Assembly: GCA_951406725.2 (NCBI GenBank)
Contig: OX597821.1
Coordinates: 40,300,001 to 40,364,000 of the forward strand
Direction of reading: 5' to 3'
Length of the DNA stretch: 64,000 bases
Source of the DNA: Octopus vulgaris
Taxonomy: Eukaryota
Both the position numbers and the translations under genes were made by a program. How positions within the stretch are numbered: position 1 is the first letter of the stretch; each line of letters starts with the position of its first letter. Shown here piece after piece: positions 1 through 13,483 of this stretch. The notes under the pieces are model-generated. The model saw only the letters and a program-made list of their open reading frames with translations, was not told the origin of the DNA and made no database searches.

Positions 1-70
1 CTATCTATGTATATATGTATGTATGTATGTATGTATCTATCTATCAATCTCTCTCACGCTCTCTCTGTCT

Positions 71-113
<43 letters not shown>

Positions 114-129
114 TAGATAGATAGATAGG

Positions 130-160
<31 letters not shown>

Positions 161-295
161 ACAGACAGACAGATAGATAGCTCTCTAAAAAAAGATGGAA
201 AGGTAGACCAAACAGACAGGAAGGTAGGTAAGTAGGTAAGTAATATGTAGGTAGGTAGTGAGGAAGATAGATAGATAGATAGATAGACTGTGATT
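1..295. repeat. compound microsatellite (TATG)n/(TA)n/(GATA)n/(GTAG)n
   Basis: Directly visible simple repeats. Confidence 0.95.
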
Positions 296-339
296 TATTT
301 CATTGTGATAAATGATAAAATAGAAATAAATTTTGCCTC

Positions 340-560
340 CACCCACTTCTGACCTGTTGTTGCCAATCTCCAAAAAGTTTTCTCCACAACTGTCAAAGAT
401 ATCAATATCACACTTGAGGTCATCTTTAACAGCAAAGCTTCAGGCAAATGTCTGCTGTACGAATGCCAGTTCACCATAAAATACGTCTTTTGGAAGGCAT
501 CCATCACATATGCCGTAACACAGACAACAACAGACAGCAAGTATCATTACTTGTACTTGT
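340..560 (-). mobile_element. decayed RTE-type LINE, C-terminal ORF fragment
   Basis: Minus-strand translation across frameshifts gives DGCLPKDVFYGELA ... KDDLKCDIDIF ... NNRSE. This resembles the RTE C-terminal pattern DGRIPKDLLYGEL..RFKD.LK.D...DRS.W. Confidence 0.65.
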
Positions 561-639
561 TAGTCAATCTAGTGAGACCAACGTAGGTGTAGTTTGTTTG
601 AACATTTGTGAGTTGAAGTCTTCAAATAATCTGTGAGGC

Positions 640-940
640 AGGGATCGGATACCAGAATGTGACAATTGTGGGAATGGTAAAAATGTGACAGTGGAGCCCC
701 AAGAAGGTAAGAAACAACAGAACTGATGAGGAAAAGGCTTATTATTGCATTGTAAGGAGCAAGGTGGAGCGTATGTGTCGTTAGGGAGCACAAAGGAATA
801 GGGGCCAGAGTAAGACAATTATAGGAATGAGAAAGAAGAGAACGAATGTCATTGTAGAGAATGTAATATACTATCAATCTATAAAAGAAGGGATGTTTAA
901 TAAGAAGTAAAGCCAACTGATAGCTATCCATATTGTAATC
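640..940 (-). mobile_element. possible Penelope-like element fragment (linker upstream of GIY-YIG)
   Basis: Minus-strand NDIRSLLSHS...GPYSF...PCSL is loosely like the PLE RT/GIY-YIG linker. It lies next to a PLE-type terminal segment. Confidence 0.3.
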
Positions 941-979
941 ACAATAAAGAGAAAGACAGAGAAGAGTGTTATACAGGGA

Positions 980-1332
980 GGAAGCACTCAGCCAGCTTCA
1001 AAATCCCTTCTTCCATCGTCTCTTCCCCTCCTACCAACTGTGTGTTGTATCCTTCACCATCCATGACCTCGTCTCCTATTCTGCTTCCCCCCACTGCCAC
1101 TAACCACATCGTCTGAACTCCCCATTCAAAAACCCAATAACTCTCGCCACTCCGTTGTTTCTGCCTGAAATTGCCCCACTGAACTATTGGACTTTCTTCT
1201 GTTTCTGAAGAAGAGCATTGCTTGAAATGTTAAACCATCTTTCTTTCCTTCCCTGAGCGTCTGCTAATACTTTACATGTACCATGTCCTTGTGATGTTGT
1301 ATTTTTTGTGTTTGTTGTTCATTTTTCGAATT

Positions 1333-1335
<3 letters not shown>
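980..1335 (+). mobile_element. Penelope-like terminal (pLTR) fragment ending at (TA)n
   Basis: Carries the hammerhead motif at 1201-1235. The downstream sequence (ctttcttt..cctgagcgtc..ctaatac..ttgtgtttg) is shared with copies at 9218-9412, 15971-16175 and 23090-23330. Confidence 0.6.
1201..1235 (+). ncRNA. minimal type I hammerhead ribozyme motif (slightly decayed)
   Basis: gttt-CTGAAGA-a-gag-cattg-ctt-GAAA-t-gtt-aaac. Stem I is gttt/aaac, both core boxes are intact, and two CpG-type C>T changes lie in stems II and III. Confidence 0.6.
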
Positions 1336-1376
<41 letters not shown>

Positions 1377-1534
1377 ACACATATATGTATATATTTGTAT
1401 ATATATATTTATCTTCAAAAGAAAGGACTTTTCACCATTCCTTCTGCTTGTCATTCTTCATCCAAAAGAAATGCTTCACCATATTTTGCTCTTGAGGTTA
1501 AGCTTTCATTTACATTCCCAGACATGACTGCATT

Positions 1535-1680
1535 ATTAAGAATTTCACTTCCCAACCACATGGTCCTGAGTTCAGTTTCACTGCATGACTCCTGGGGCAA
1601 GTGTCTTCGACAATAGATCTGGTCAAACAAAACCTTGGGAGCAAATTTGGTAAATGGAAACTAAAAGAAACCCATTGCAT
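1535..1680 (+). mobile_element. tRNA-derived CORE-like SINE (type A), decayed 5' half
   Basis: ccaaccacatggtcctgagttcagtt...gggcaagtgtcttc...tttggtaaatggaaactaaaagaa matches the full copies at 15820-16472 and 56427-56836. Confidence 0.75.
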
Positions 1681-2035
1681 ATAAATATATGTGTGTGTGT
1701 GTGTGTATGTGCATGTGTGAGTGTGCATATGTTTGTGCATATTCGTACATGTGCTTGTGCACGTGCATGTGTGTATGTGCATATTTGTTTACATTTGTGT
1801 TCTATAAGTTGCTTGCTGCATGTGTTGTTATTGTTGCAGTGACTTGTGTCAACAAATTGCCCATTTATTTCGTGACTTTAATAACCTGAAAATGGAAGTT
1901 CTATAAATAGAAATCATGAAAGTGTTAGCATCAGGAAGGGCTTCCAGCAGTAAAACAATGCTTCTATCATATATCTGTGTAACCTAAGATGGTATGAACC
2001 AAACCGATGTAAAATGAACGAACCAAAATATGCAT

Positions 2036-2479
2036 GGGGTAAACATTGTTTGCCAACATAACATGGCAGTCCTGTTTTAGGATGAATGTTGCTGTAATTT
2101 AGCCCCAGGAGACATGGTCTCCAGTTGGCTATATGGCACAATCTGTGTCTTTATATTTTCAAACAAGAGAATCGTGATTTCCAGGTTATTTCCCTTCATC
2201 AGCACAGAATAATTGCTCGGCTAGAGGTGGTGCTGCCAAATTCCTGTTTGAAATATATAGTTTTCAAAGTGAAACTAATCACTGCTCTATAAATTAGAAC
2301 ATTACTATTTGATCTGTGTCCTTATATTTTCGAACAAGGGAATCTAGCACCCCCACTCATCTCAAAGTAATATCTGTGTCATATTGCCAGCTGCAGATGA
2401 TGTCTCCTGGGGCTAAATTACAGCAACATTCGTCCTAAACCAGGACTGCCATGTTATGCTGGCAAACAATCTTTACTCC
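2036..2479. mobile_element. MITE-like element with ~100-bp terminal inverted repeats
   Basis: 2036-2140 is the near-perfect reverse complement of 2375-2479 (attgtttgcca.cataacatggcagtcctg.tttagga.gaatgttgctgtaatttagccccaggagacat). An internal 33-bp direct repeat lies at 2141-2173 and 2312-2344. Confidence 0.8.
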
Positions 2480-2739
2480 AAAGTACTGTTGCTGAATATC
2501 TCTCATTGTGAGATTTACTAGTAGAAATTTCCCGATATATGCATGTACATAATGTTCGTTCTTACTGCTACCAACTGCAAAGAATGTTTCACTGAAAAGC
2601 TCCAGATACACAGGAACATGTCTGCTATTTTCACCAGTTGGATTTAAAACCCAAATACACTCCAGTCTATTTTGGTAGTAACCAAAATTTTAATCAACAT
2701 ATTTTATTGGAGTTGCTTTCGAGTGTTTTTCTTTTTCCT

Positions 2740-2968
2740 TTAATCCTTTTAGCATTTAGATTACTCTTTCAAATGTACTACTTATTTATTTATATTGCTT
2801 TGATTTAATCAAGCATTATCTCACAGATTTATAACTTCAATGATGTGGTTGTTTATTTTTAGAATGACTTTGTTGAGAAGGTGTGAGAAGCTGGATCAGA
2901 CCAGTTTGAACAGAAAAGAGGTGAAATATTTGGGCCCAATATGGCTGGTTTTGGATGTTTAAGAGTTA
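2740..2968 (-). mobile_element. piggyBac-like MITE (~230 bp)
   Basis: Ends ttaatccttttagcatt ... atgtttaagagttaa (TTAA-flanked short TIRs). The body is shared with 5947-6290, 41025-41625 and 54823-55015. Confidence 0.7.
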
Positions 2969-3882
2969 AACAATTTTAGATGGATTTTTCTCTATTGAAT
3001 ATCTTGGATATCCTCATCAGATCAAAGCCTTTCAATATGTGAGCCCATAAAATATTTATATTTAGTTTCTAGAAAGCCCTCTTGAAATATTTCCCCTCTG
3101 CCATAGTGCAGGCAAAGGCCGTGAGATGCCCTTCACAACTTGGTGTGGGACAGCATTGTATGGTAGTTTGAGAGACTGGAGATACATTTATGGTTTGGGT
3201 GTAAATGTGACTCACATACAAAGATATTAAATGAAATGATAAATCTCTTTTATTAAATTGTTGTATATAATTGAATAATGTTAATGCTTATATTGTTCTT
3301 AATATCATTTAATACCAGTTGTTTGAGTAATAAAATTCTGAGATAGAAAACAATTATTACTTTTGTAATTTACTGGATACACAAATCATTTTACATTAAG
3401 CAGCCCATTTAAAATATGTATATTTATTTGTATTGAAGGAATTCCTGAGATACACAAGAGGGCAACAATCCTCTTCCTTTCAGTTGTGCACAGGGGCTTA
3501 CAAAATCCACACCACCCTCCAACCCATACTCAACCACATGGATCTTTATGCACCCCTAGTTCCAAAAATCCGTTTCCATTCCTGTTCATTTACTCTGTAT
3601 TTCATTAAGTTTATGAAAGATTTTCTATAAAAGAAAAGAACATTTGCATTTTAATAGAACACAAACTGAATATTTTGGAACTGGACTTTTTGGTAAGTGA
3701 CTTGTTCCCAGATTATGTCTTGAAATTGGATCAGTTACATCACAGAAGAGTTATTCTAACTTTTCAGAACACACATAGTCTTTTTTGACATTTCATAGCA
3801 AAAATTACTTTTATGAAATGAATGTAAAGTTAGTGTATAATCAAAAATTTCATTATCAGTTTAAAAGAACATATTCCATTCT

Positions 3883-3919
<37 letters not shown>

Positions 3920-4019
3920 CCATCGTTTAATGATGATGATGATAGCAGTTATATACCTGACAGGTAATCTGTATAATACAGACCATCCATAATATAGACC
4001 AATACAATCTATAATATAT

Positions 4020-4212
4020 TGGTTTTGAAATTTGGCACAAGGCTAGCAATTTCAGAGGAGGTGGCTAGTTGATTACATCAACCCCAGTACTCAACTGGTA
4101 CTTATTTTATCGACCCTGAAACTATGACAGACAGAGTTGACCATATCAGAATTTGAACTCAGAATGTAAAGACACTAAATGTTTTGCGTAGTGTGCTGAC
4201 AATTCTGCCATC
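4020..4212 (-). mobile_element. tRNA-derived SINE type B (Meta-domain-like), decayed
   Basis: ccccagtactcaactggtacttattttatcgaccc...gaatttgaactcagaa is the reverse complement of the body of 28421-28655. Confidence 0.7.
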
Positions 4213-5369
4213 TATAATTCAAACCAATATCATCTATAGTATAGATCTATATCATACCAGTATCATCCATAATATCGACCAATATCCTACCACTATTGTA
4301 TATAATATAAACCAAGAAAGTGAAGTTTAAATATGTTGAAATTGATACTGAATGTAAAGTGTGAGCAACAGTAACTAAATAATAGGTAGGTATATAAAAA
4401 TGTTTTGTTACCTATAAATATTGCTGAGATGTCTTCTTGAACAAAGAAATAATAGAAGAAAAATGTAAAGAATTACTATAGATAACAGTCTGCTAGAAAT
4501 GTCTGAGAAAAACTAAGATATCACCATTATATTAAATGTTAGCAGATGGTAACAGCAAAATTCCTTTGTGTAGACCTTTGAGACTTGGGAGTTAAATAGC
4601 TTTTAAGAATTTACAAACTGACAGCAAAATAGGTAAATACATTTTGTGTGTCTTATATTCTCAATAGAGCAAACAATAACAACCAAACTGAGAATCACCG
4701 AATAGAAGGTTGGATAGAAAATTTATGATTCATGCATTGATCCTTTGCACTTTTCTGTCAAGGAATACCTTAGTGTTCTCATTGGTTGAATAATCTTTTA
4801 AGTCAGGAATTGGTGAATTATTACGACACCGACAGTGCAACCAATGATATGAAACATCTCTGAAAATGGGTAACCCTCTTAGCCACAACACATCACCGTT
4901 TAACCACCTGGACCACCTGTTTCTATGTCAGCATCAATAGTTCCTGATGTTGTTAAGACACAAGTCAGTATACTGATTAAACTAACCAATGATAAAATGC
5001 ATTCCAGCCATGACTATTCCCCCTTTCAGAGTGTCAGAAACTATTTTTAAGATGGTAGGGTGTGATTTGACGAAGATTTGGTCTGGTTCCATGAAAGCTC
5101 CTTCATTGATTGCAATTCTTTGCTTTGAATGACAGGAGGAATGTAAAATGAAATCCATTTCTTTCAATATACACTTGTTGCATGGTGTGAAGTTGAAATG
5201 CAAGTAAAAAGTTCATACTTAAACAAAGTTTTATCTCTCTTCTGCTTAACACTATAGGAATTAAAATGTAGTTTTAAAATATTCTCTGCAGTTCAGAAAT
5301 AAGCTTAATAAAATCTTGAGGTAAGTAAATCATGATATCAGTGTTTTATATGTATATCTATATATGTAT

Positions 5370-5712
5370 GAATCGCCTTGACTGGCTTCCGTGCCGGTGG
5401 CATGTAAAATGCACCATCCGAACGTAGTCGATGCCAGCGCCGCCTTGACTGGCTTCCGTGCTGGTGGCACGTAAAAAGCACCAATCTGATCGTGGCCGTT
5501 GCCAGCCTTGCCTGGCACCTGTGCCAGTGGCACATAAAAAGCTCCCTCTACACTCACGGAGTGGTTGGCATTAGGAAGGGCATCCAGCTGTAGAAACACT
5601 GCCAGATCAGACTGGAGCCTGGTGCAGCCTTCTGGCTTCCCAGATCCCAGTTGAACCGTCCAACCCATGCTAGCATGGAAAACGGACGTTAAACGATGAT
5701 GATGATGATGAT
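5370..5712 (+). mobile_element. RTE LINE 3' UTR (5'-truncated copy) with tandem subrepeats and (GAT)n tail
   Basis: Three gtgccggtggcacgtaaaaagcacc-type units, then ggttggcattaggaagggcatccagctgtagaaac...gacgttaaac(gat)n. The same UTR follows RTE C-terminal coding sequence at 19174-19775. Confidence 0.8.
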
Positions 5713-5946
5713 GAATTTAGGGTATTTAAGAGATACTACCACGCTGGAAATAGCAGTCAAAACCTGACTCTAAAACCACATTAAATGTTCATACAGCACC
5801 AGGAGAGAAATAGATGTATATATACGTTCGTATATGTAAGTATTCGTATGTTATATGCATATGTTTTTTATCTGTTACCTTGGTTATTTAGGAACTTTTC
5901 TCCTTATTTCACTTTAACATAATATTTGGTAGTATTAATTTTAGCT

Positions 5947-6290
5947 TTAATCCTTTTGCATTTAAGCCAGCCATATCTGTTGTAATGATATGAAAATAAA
6001 TGTACTAAAAGTTCCACATTGTTAAATACGCTGTCATGGATTAAAGGTGGCCAGCTCAGTGGCTGCTGGGACTACAACTGAGTAGGTAACCAACCACCCT
6101 GCATCGTGTTATTGTATTAGGCCCAAATATTCTATCTGATGTATGTTCAAAACAGGTCAGATCCCACCTTTCACGCCAAGCCTACAATGACACTGAAATC
6201 TCGAAGCTACAATGACACTGAAATCTCAAAACAATGTAAATAAAATAAATATTACGTCTGAAAGTGTAATCTGAATGCAAAAGGGTTGAT
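5947..6290 (+). mobile_element. piggyBac-like MITE with internal insertion and 25-bp duplication
   Basis: ttaatccttttgcatttaagccagccatatc ... gtaatctgaatgcaaaagggttga. The sequence ctacaatgacactgaaatctc is duplicated at ~6182-6227. Confidence 0.65.
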
Positions 6291-6299
6291 TGTTAGCTT

Positions 6300-8200
6300 T
6301 TCCATGATTTTGGTTCTTCTCTTTCCTCCTCATCAGTGTCTCTCTCATTCAGGTTCCTCTTTTAGGATACCTCGAAGACAGAAAGCAATTTTTGTTTTGA
6401 TTGTATTTTCTAGCTATTTCTGTTAGTTTTCATTGTTCATTAGAAGATATTTTTGTAGTCCTACAGCTGATATTTTGTAATAATTTTCTGGTTACGTAAG
6501 ACCCTACCTTGATATATTTTGTACTAAATATAATATTTGTATGTCAGACTTTGGGTGATATATTCTAAATGCTGTCATTAGTTTTCTTGTTTGTCCGTCT
6601 AGTCACGCTAATTTATTTAGCATATAATTGAGAATGCTGTAACTAAAACTTATTACTGTAATACCTAGAATATTATGGACTATTATTTGGTTGTCTTGCC
6701 TTTAGCTCTGTTTTAAGTACTAATCTAATGCATCTATATTATTCTTTCCTCGAATTTTCTTTAATGTGTTTCTCTTGTAGACTATCTGCTTCTATGATTA
6801 CAGAGTTTGTGTATGTTGTCTCTATGTCTTAAGTATGTGTATGTCGACTGTGTTTTGTCTGATTCTTTCATCTCTCTTTCTTTTTCTATCCTGACATGAG
6901 TGCTTTTTACTAATTCTCCTCTTTTCAAGGTTGTTTTGGTGCAGTTTTCTAATCCAAATAAAATTTTCTTGTAAATCTGGACGATGTCTGTAGCAGTGTT
7001 ACTAGTTGTGAACTGGATGTCATTCACCTCTATAACATGGTTAACTCTTTTCCTCATAACATTTGAATCTGGCTCCAGTTTGTTTTACCAAGTTGGTTAA
7101 AGATATCAATACAGAAAGAAACGATGCAGTGACAGGTTGTTCTTTTGAAATAGTCATTTTGTAATACAGAATGGAGGTTAATCTTTATAACTTCTTTTGT
7201 CTGTATCAGCAAAACTGTTTATCATTTATTCATGGCATGTTCACTAAATATAACACTAGTTTACTAATGGTTAATGTTTCCAAAATCCAAGAATGAAGAA
7301 TACTGTTAAAACCCTTCAAACAGACAACCAAGGTTACCTCCAGTTTTGTTTTTTCTTTTTATACAGTTTTGGTTATGGTTTTCTCAATCAGTCCTTGTTG
7401 TTTTTTTTTGTTTCAATTTTTTTTTTTGCAATATAAACATTTGCTGCATCTTTTTCATTCTTCTGTAAACAGGTTGTTTACTCTTCACAATATCATTGTC
7501 ATGAAGACTTTATGCCATATTTGCTAAAATTTGCTGTTTCTTTAGTCTTGAGGATTAAAATGGTTTTTCACTGCCCAATGTTGTCTCTGGTTCTATCAAT
7601 CTCTTATTAAATTTGTCTGCTAACATCTTATGTGAACCTATTAAATATTTTAACCTGAAATTTGGAACCCTATATCCTGGTCCATTCCAGTTGTTTTTTT
7701 CTGTTTTTTTTGTAGTATGTGAATTATATGTGTGGTTCCGACCTCCTACCATGGTTTCGCTGCTGTGTTTGTTGTTTTGAATAATTTTGCTTAAGAGGAT
7801 TCTTTGTTGACCATATTCCTCTCCAGACTTCTACCACTTTTCTTATTTGTTGGGTTGATTTCCATATTTTCATCCAGTTCTTGATAATATCCTTTTGGAA
7901 CGGACCTAGCTGGAATGTCTGTGAGGATGACATGAGGTCAACAGCAATGTGTCTATAGTGCACCAAATTTTGGTTTCGTTTTGCAAAGCATAAAAGAAAC
8001 TGAGAAAGTTGTAGATTACTGATAAGTTGAGACAGTTTTAAGGGTTATCTCCCTTCCAACAGATTGCAGAGAAAGACAAAAGTGTGGCTTGTAAATATCC
8101 AGGTCAGTTTTGCTACATTGCATTGAATAGTAAAGATTCTTGCTTTGGATTTTAAATTCCTCAAAGCAATCCCACCTAGTGACATTCTACAGATTTACTT
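6300..8200 (-). mobile_element. R4/Dong-type (RLE) LINE, decayed reverse transcriptase region
   Basis: Minus ORFs give WNGPGYRVPNFRLKYLIGSHKMLADKFNKRLIEPET (cf. NWKAPGPD..NFWLK....H..LA) and FGLENCTKTTLKRGELVKS...STYTYL (cf. FGLDKCAK...KRGKL...YKYLG). Multiple stops and frameshifts. Confidence 0.75.
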
Positions 8201-8229
8201 TGAATCCTAATGAAGACTTCCACGCATGA

Positions 8230-8995
8230 TCATCATTATCATCATCATTTAACGTCCACTTCCCATGCTGGTATGGGTGCCAATTCCTGGACACTGGCAA
8301 TGGCTACAACTACAATTGAACTTTGCTTGATGAGTCTTCTCAAGCACAGTTTATCGTGAAGGTCTCAGCCCAACACTCATAGATCATGCTTCACCACTTC
8401 TGCCCTTGCCCCCACGAGGCCCAACATTTGAAGATCATGCTAAAAGCAATGGCCATGGTTACAATTTCACAGCTGCCATTTCCATGACACCAGCAATGGC
8501 CACAGCTACGATACCCCTTGGCTTGACAACATCTTCTCAGGCATGGCATATCACCAAAGGTCTCGTCCACTTGTCATTGCATCCATGAAGCCAACATTCC
8601 AAGATCATGCTTCATTACCTCATCATTTGTTTTCCACAGGTTCCCTCCTCAGTTAGAGATCAACACTTCTTGACGAATCTGTTCTCATCCATACACAACA
8701 CATGACCATACCCGTCCATTTTGTCTCTCTTGCATACCACATCTGATGCTGCTTATGCTCATTTTCTCTCTCAAGACTCTGTTTCTCATGCATACTGACA
8801 TTGCACATCCTGCAAAGCATGCTGGTTTCATTTCTTTCAAGCCTTCACATGTCTCCTATGGTCACAGCCCATGTTTCACTGCCATGGAGCATGGCTGTTC
8901 ACATGCAGGGAACATATAGTCTGCCTTTCGTTCTGAGGGAGAGGCTCTTTGTTAGCAAGAGTAGAAGCTCTCTGAACTTTGCCCAGCCTTTTCTG
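8230..8995 (-). mobile_element. RTE LINE 3' portion (RT thumb, C-terminus and tail), rearranged
   Basis: Minus strand reads WAKFRELL...[13 protein letters not shown]...RLERNETSML. The C-terminal VVKHDL..LGL segment is duplicated, and the (GAT)n tail is at ~8230. Confidence 0.85.
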
Positions 8996-9057
8996 TGAAA
9001 AACATTTACCCCATAAATGGCATAGATTTAAAGGAGGGAGATAGGTGCAGCTGTAGC

Positions 9058-9074
9058 ATATATATACATACATA

Positions 9075-9148
<74 letters not shown>

Positions 9149-9172
9149 TATATACATAAATATATATGTACA

Positions 9173-9214
<42 letters not shown>

Positions 9215-9408
9215 TATCCAGTCGCCATGATAGATTGTTAGCCACTACACACATTTTTTTCTCTCCTTGTTTTTTTCTGTGTTCCTTTCTGCAGAAGAGT
9301 GTAGGCTGGAAGCGTAAAAGACTTTTTCTATTCCTGAGCATTATACTAATACATCTGTTTGTTTTGTACACCACCTGTTTTCATCTTTTGATTTTTTTTG
9401 TAAACTCT

Positions 9409-9456
<48 letters not shown>

Positions 9457-9483
9457 GTATATATATATATATATACATATGCA

Positions 9484-9522
<39 letters not shown>
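9058..9522. repeat. (TA)n/(TACATA)n arrays enclosing a Penelope-like terminal fragment (9218-9412)
   Basis: Simple repeats flank a segment with a degenerate hammerhead, cttt-ctgcaga-agag..ctg-gaag-cgta-aaag. Confidence 0.75.
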
Positions 9523-9526
<4 letters not shown>

Positions 9527-9529
9527 AAA

Positions 9530-9750
9530 GCAATGCTGGTATGCTAGCAGAATCATTAGCTTGCTGGATAAAATGATTAATAGAATTTCTTTTGCTTCGT
9601 TACATTTTGAGTAAAAATTCTGCCAAGGTCAACTTAGTCATTCATCCTTTTGGGGTTGATAAATTAAGTCCCAGTTGTGCACTGGTGTCAATGTTATTGA
9701 TTTATTCCTCCCCTAAAATTGCTGGCCTTATTCTGAAATTTGAAACCATT
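9530..9750 (+). mobile_element. SINE type B, old copy
   Basis: gctagcagaatcattagc...aaattctgccaaggtcaac...ttcatccttttggggttgataaattaagt. Confidence 0.7.
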
Positions 9751-10760
9751 ATTTTTTCAAGGACATTAATAAATTTGAGGGACATTCCATATCCCACAAC
9801 ACATATTCGGTTGTCAAAATATACTGAGATACATTTCCCACCATTGACCAAATACTTTCGTGGTCAACAGGAATCCATCGACTCCAATCTTTACAGTATT
9901 TAGACTAGTGGTAATTCCACAGTCAATCATGAGAGGACTGGAACTCAGGAAGAAGTGGGATGAGTCCAAATACTACAAGACAGTTAGTTCAACAAGCTAA
10001 TCCTTCGACCAAATCATGGCTATTCCTTAAGCACTATATCATATTAACAAAGAATTCCCTCACAGAAAATCTAATGTCTGAAGGTGGTCATACTTCTTCC
10101 ATTTCAATTGCTTTCTTCACAAGAGAAAGAAAACAAAGAAACATTTTCAAGTAAAAAATGCAAATCAGAATTAGCTGGTTGAAGAAAGCCATTTTGGAAA
10201 TGAAGGCTGAAAATGCAAAGCAAGAATTTCAATGACAATACTAAGACCAATTTATAAAAATAAAGAATGGTTTTGTGATTAATAACTGCTGCTATGTTTG
10301 TTTGTTTACTTCCTTCTTTAATTGTTTGTTTTCCTTGTTTGTATTTTGTATTGATTTGGATTATTGGGGGTAGGGGGATCAGGTAGGTAGCAAGTTTTGT
10401 TTTGTATTTATATTTACCAGTTAACAATACACAAACAATGTTGCAACTCAACAAAAAGAAAATCAAAAAAAAAAAGATACAAAAGTTTAACACTAGCAAC
10501 CATCTTGTTACTATTGATAAACCTGTTATGCTATCTCTTGTGTGTTTGTTTGGTTGTTTTGTGTTTTTGTGGGTAATGTTTTCTGTTTGTTATCCTTTAT
10601 ATGAATGACGGTGACGAAGATACGCAACATTCTCTGTATATGGTTTGTGTGCGTGTAAATATATACATTTACATATTCATATATATATACACACACACAC
10701 ACATATACATATATATATATATATACATATACATTATACATATATATATATATATACATT

Positions 10761-10817
<57 letters not shown>

Positions 10818-12109
10818 TATGAAATTATATATATATATATATTTAACTCTTTTTTTTTCTCTTACTGTCTGTCACCCTTTTTTGCAGATATATTCTGGGC
10901 TTGCAAATACACACCTACGCATATACACAAATGCATACACACATACATTCTCTCATATGTATAAATATTTATATATATTCATATATATATATATATATAT
11001 ATATGTATCTTTGTGTATGTATGCATGTATGTGTGCATATGTATGCATGCTTTAAGTATTTATACAAAATATAATTATAACAAGTGTTTGTAATTAATTA
11101 GAAATATACATATATATATAAATGTACGGTATAACTACAATAATTTGTAATATATATGTATGTATATTTCTGTTTGTGTGAATGTATATGTTTGTGGACA
11201 TATATATATATGTATGTATATTATATACCTAAATATATACACACACATACATGCACATACACTCACTCATATGCATAGGCACACACATGCGTGTGAGTGT
11301 AGTTGTTTGTATGTAGTATAGATTTTTATATGAAGCTAATAAATAAAATGCCTTGACTATCAAAACTTGTTTCTGAATAGCTGAAGATTTTTAATTTATT
11401 AGAAATCATGTGAAGACGAGAAACCAATTCATCATAGCCATCTATTATTAAAAAAACAATTAACTACCAAGATGCTTTTTGTTTCACTAGCTTTGGGTTT
11501 TTTCCTTGTTTCTTTTGTTTCATTTTCATGTTTTTATTGTGTTTTCTATAGAATGAAATTACGAGACTCGTTTGTTGTCTAAGAAACAAATAAATATACA
11601 ATAAATAAATAAATGAATAAATAAATAAATAAAACCTTGTGAGCTAAAAAAAAAGAAATCAAGTAATTATGCTTTTAAATCTCATTTGTATGTGTGTGTG
11701 ACTGCGCATATGAATCTGTTTGTCTATACAGATGTGTATGTAGATGTATGTATATGTGTGTGGTGTCAATTATTTTCAACATTGTTGCTCATGTTAACTC
11801 TTATGCTTACTATTTCCTGTGATACAGCTCAACAAACATCTCAGCTTAACCCACGAGTATCATTAGATTATGTATATATTTATTTAAACTGTTTCCGTAT
11901 TCTTCTTTCCTTTCCTCAAGTGAGTGAAATGAGAATTTTTTTTGGTTTTTTGTCTGGTGAATTTCGGCAGTTATTTTCTGCAGTTCTTTATCTATCTTAC
12001 AGCCACATACTCAGTCGTAATCTAGGAAAAGAAAAACCGTTTTTACTGGTCAACAGCTGAGCCACATTCTGTCTCTCTCTTTGTTCTTGGACTATTGCAA
12101 TAGTATTTT

Positions 12110-12535
12110 TTTGTTCTTTTATTCTCTTATTTGTTTCGGTCGTTTGACTGCGGCCATGCTGGAGCACCACCTTTTGTCAAACAAATCAACCCCAGGACTT
12201 ATTCTTTGTAAGCCTAGTACTTATTCTTTTGGTCTCTTTTGCCAAACTGCTAAGTTACGGGGATGTAAACACACCAATATTGATTGTCAAGTGATGGTGG
12301 GGAGACAAACTCAGGCACACAAACATACACACACACACACGCACACACATACACACACACATATATACGACGGGCTGCTTTCAGTTTCCATCTACCAAGT
12401 CCACTAACAAGGATTTGGTTGGCCCGAGGCTAGAGTAGAGGACACTTGCCCAAGGTGTCACACAGTGGGACTGAACCCGGAACCATGTGGTTGGTAAGCA
12501 AGCTACTTACCACACAGCCACTCCTGCACCTATAG
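12110..12535 (-). mobile_element. full-length tRNA-derived CORE-like SINE (type A)
   Basis: The reverse complement has the A box gtggctgtgtggtaag, the B box gggttcagtccc, the core caccttgggcaagtgtc, an internal (GT)n and the tail ggtgctccagcatggccgcagtcaaa. Confidence 0.9.
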
Positions 12536-13483
12536 TAGTGGACTTTGTCTTCCATTATACATGGCCTAAATATTTGAACAAAAAGACTACTCTCCAAGTG
12601 ACAATCCCAAATTACCTTTTTTGGTGGAGATTAACAGTTGCTTATACATGCAAATGTCTTCCCTCAACAGCATCAATGTTATATTTGAAGGAAGAACATG
12701 ACTGATACGGTTTGGTGCCTCTTTAAGGGTTACCATTTGATTGTAAAAAGTCAGAATACATGTACCGCATATGTATCCTGTCCTCAGCTCAAACAATTCT
12801 GTTTTTCACCATCTCTTGGATGCCTATAACAAGGTAACAAATTAGTAGTGAAGTCAGAGCAACAAATACAATAATAGTTTTTGGTATATGTTCTGGTTCT
12901 CCACATTCTGGGTTCAAATACTGCCAACAGCTTTGCTTTCATCCTTTCATGATTAATATATTAATATATAAATAATAATCCAAAGCAGTGGATTAGCAGG
13001 GTTATTTGGGCATCAGATAAAATTCCTTGTAGCATGTATTCCTGACAGAATGTATTCCTTGTAGTATGTATTCCAACTCTCTGTGTACCTAAGACAATTC
13101 CTGCAATGACTTTAACATCAAACTAGTCTGACTTTGCCATTCTCTTAGGCAACATTGGTGGCATAGGCAATTGTTGGTCTTGTACAAGAAAATCTTGCCC
13201 AGGTCTGCACCTATGGGTGGGGTCTTCCAGCACAGTGACTCAGGCAGTACAGCAGTTACAGTTGCAGTAGTAATGTTTGACCATGGGGGTCAGTATTCTT
13301 AGCCATAAATCATAATGAAACAAGGAGAAAAAGTATAAATTGCAGAGTGTTTAGCTAAATGTCAAACAGGAAATAGTTTTGTCTTCCTTGAAATTATTTC
13401 AAATCCTGCCAAAAATTACTTTGTCATTCATCTCTTATAGAACAAAGTAATTAATCATCAAGTACCAGTTATATACTGAGGTT

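Noticed and set aside
2990-3025. Hammerhead-like CTGATGA-ggatatc/gatattc on the minus strand
   Set aside because: GAAA is replaced by AATA and there is no stem I or III.
4740-5210. Tc1 transposase relic (TLKGGIVMAG..., GTIDA)
   Set aside because: Only faint similarity, with no catalytic motifs or TIRs that I could confirm.
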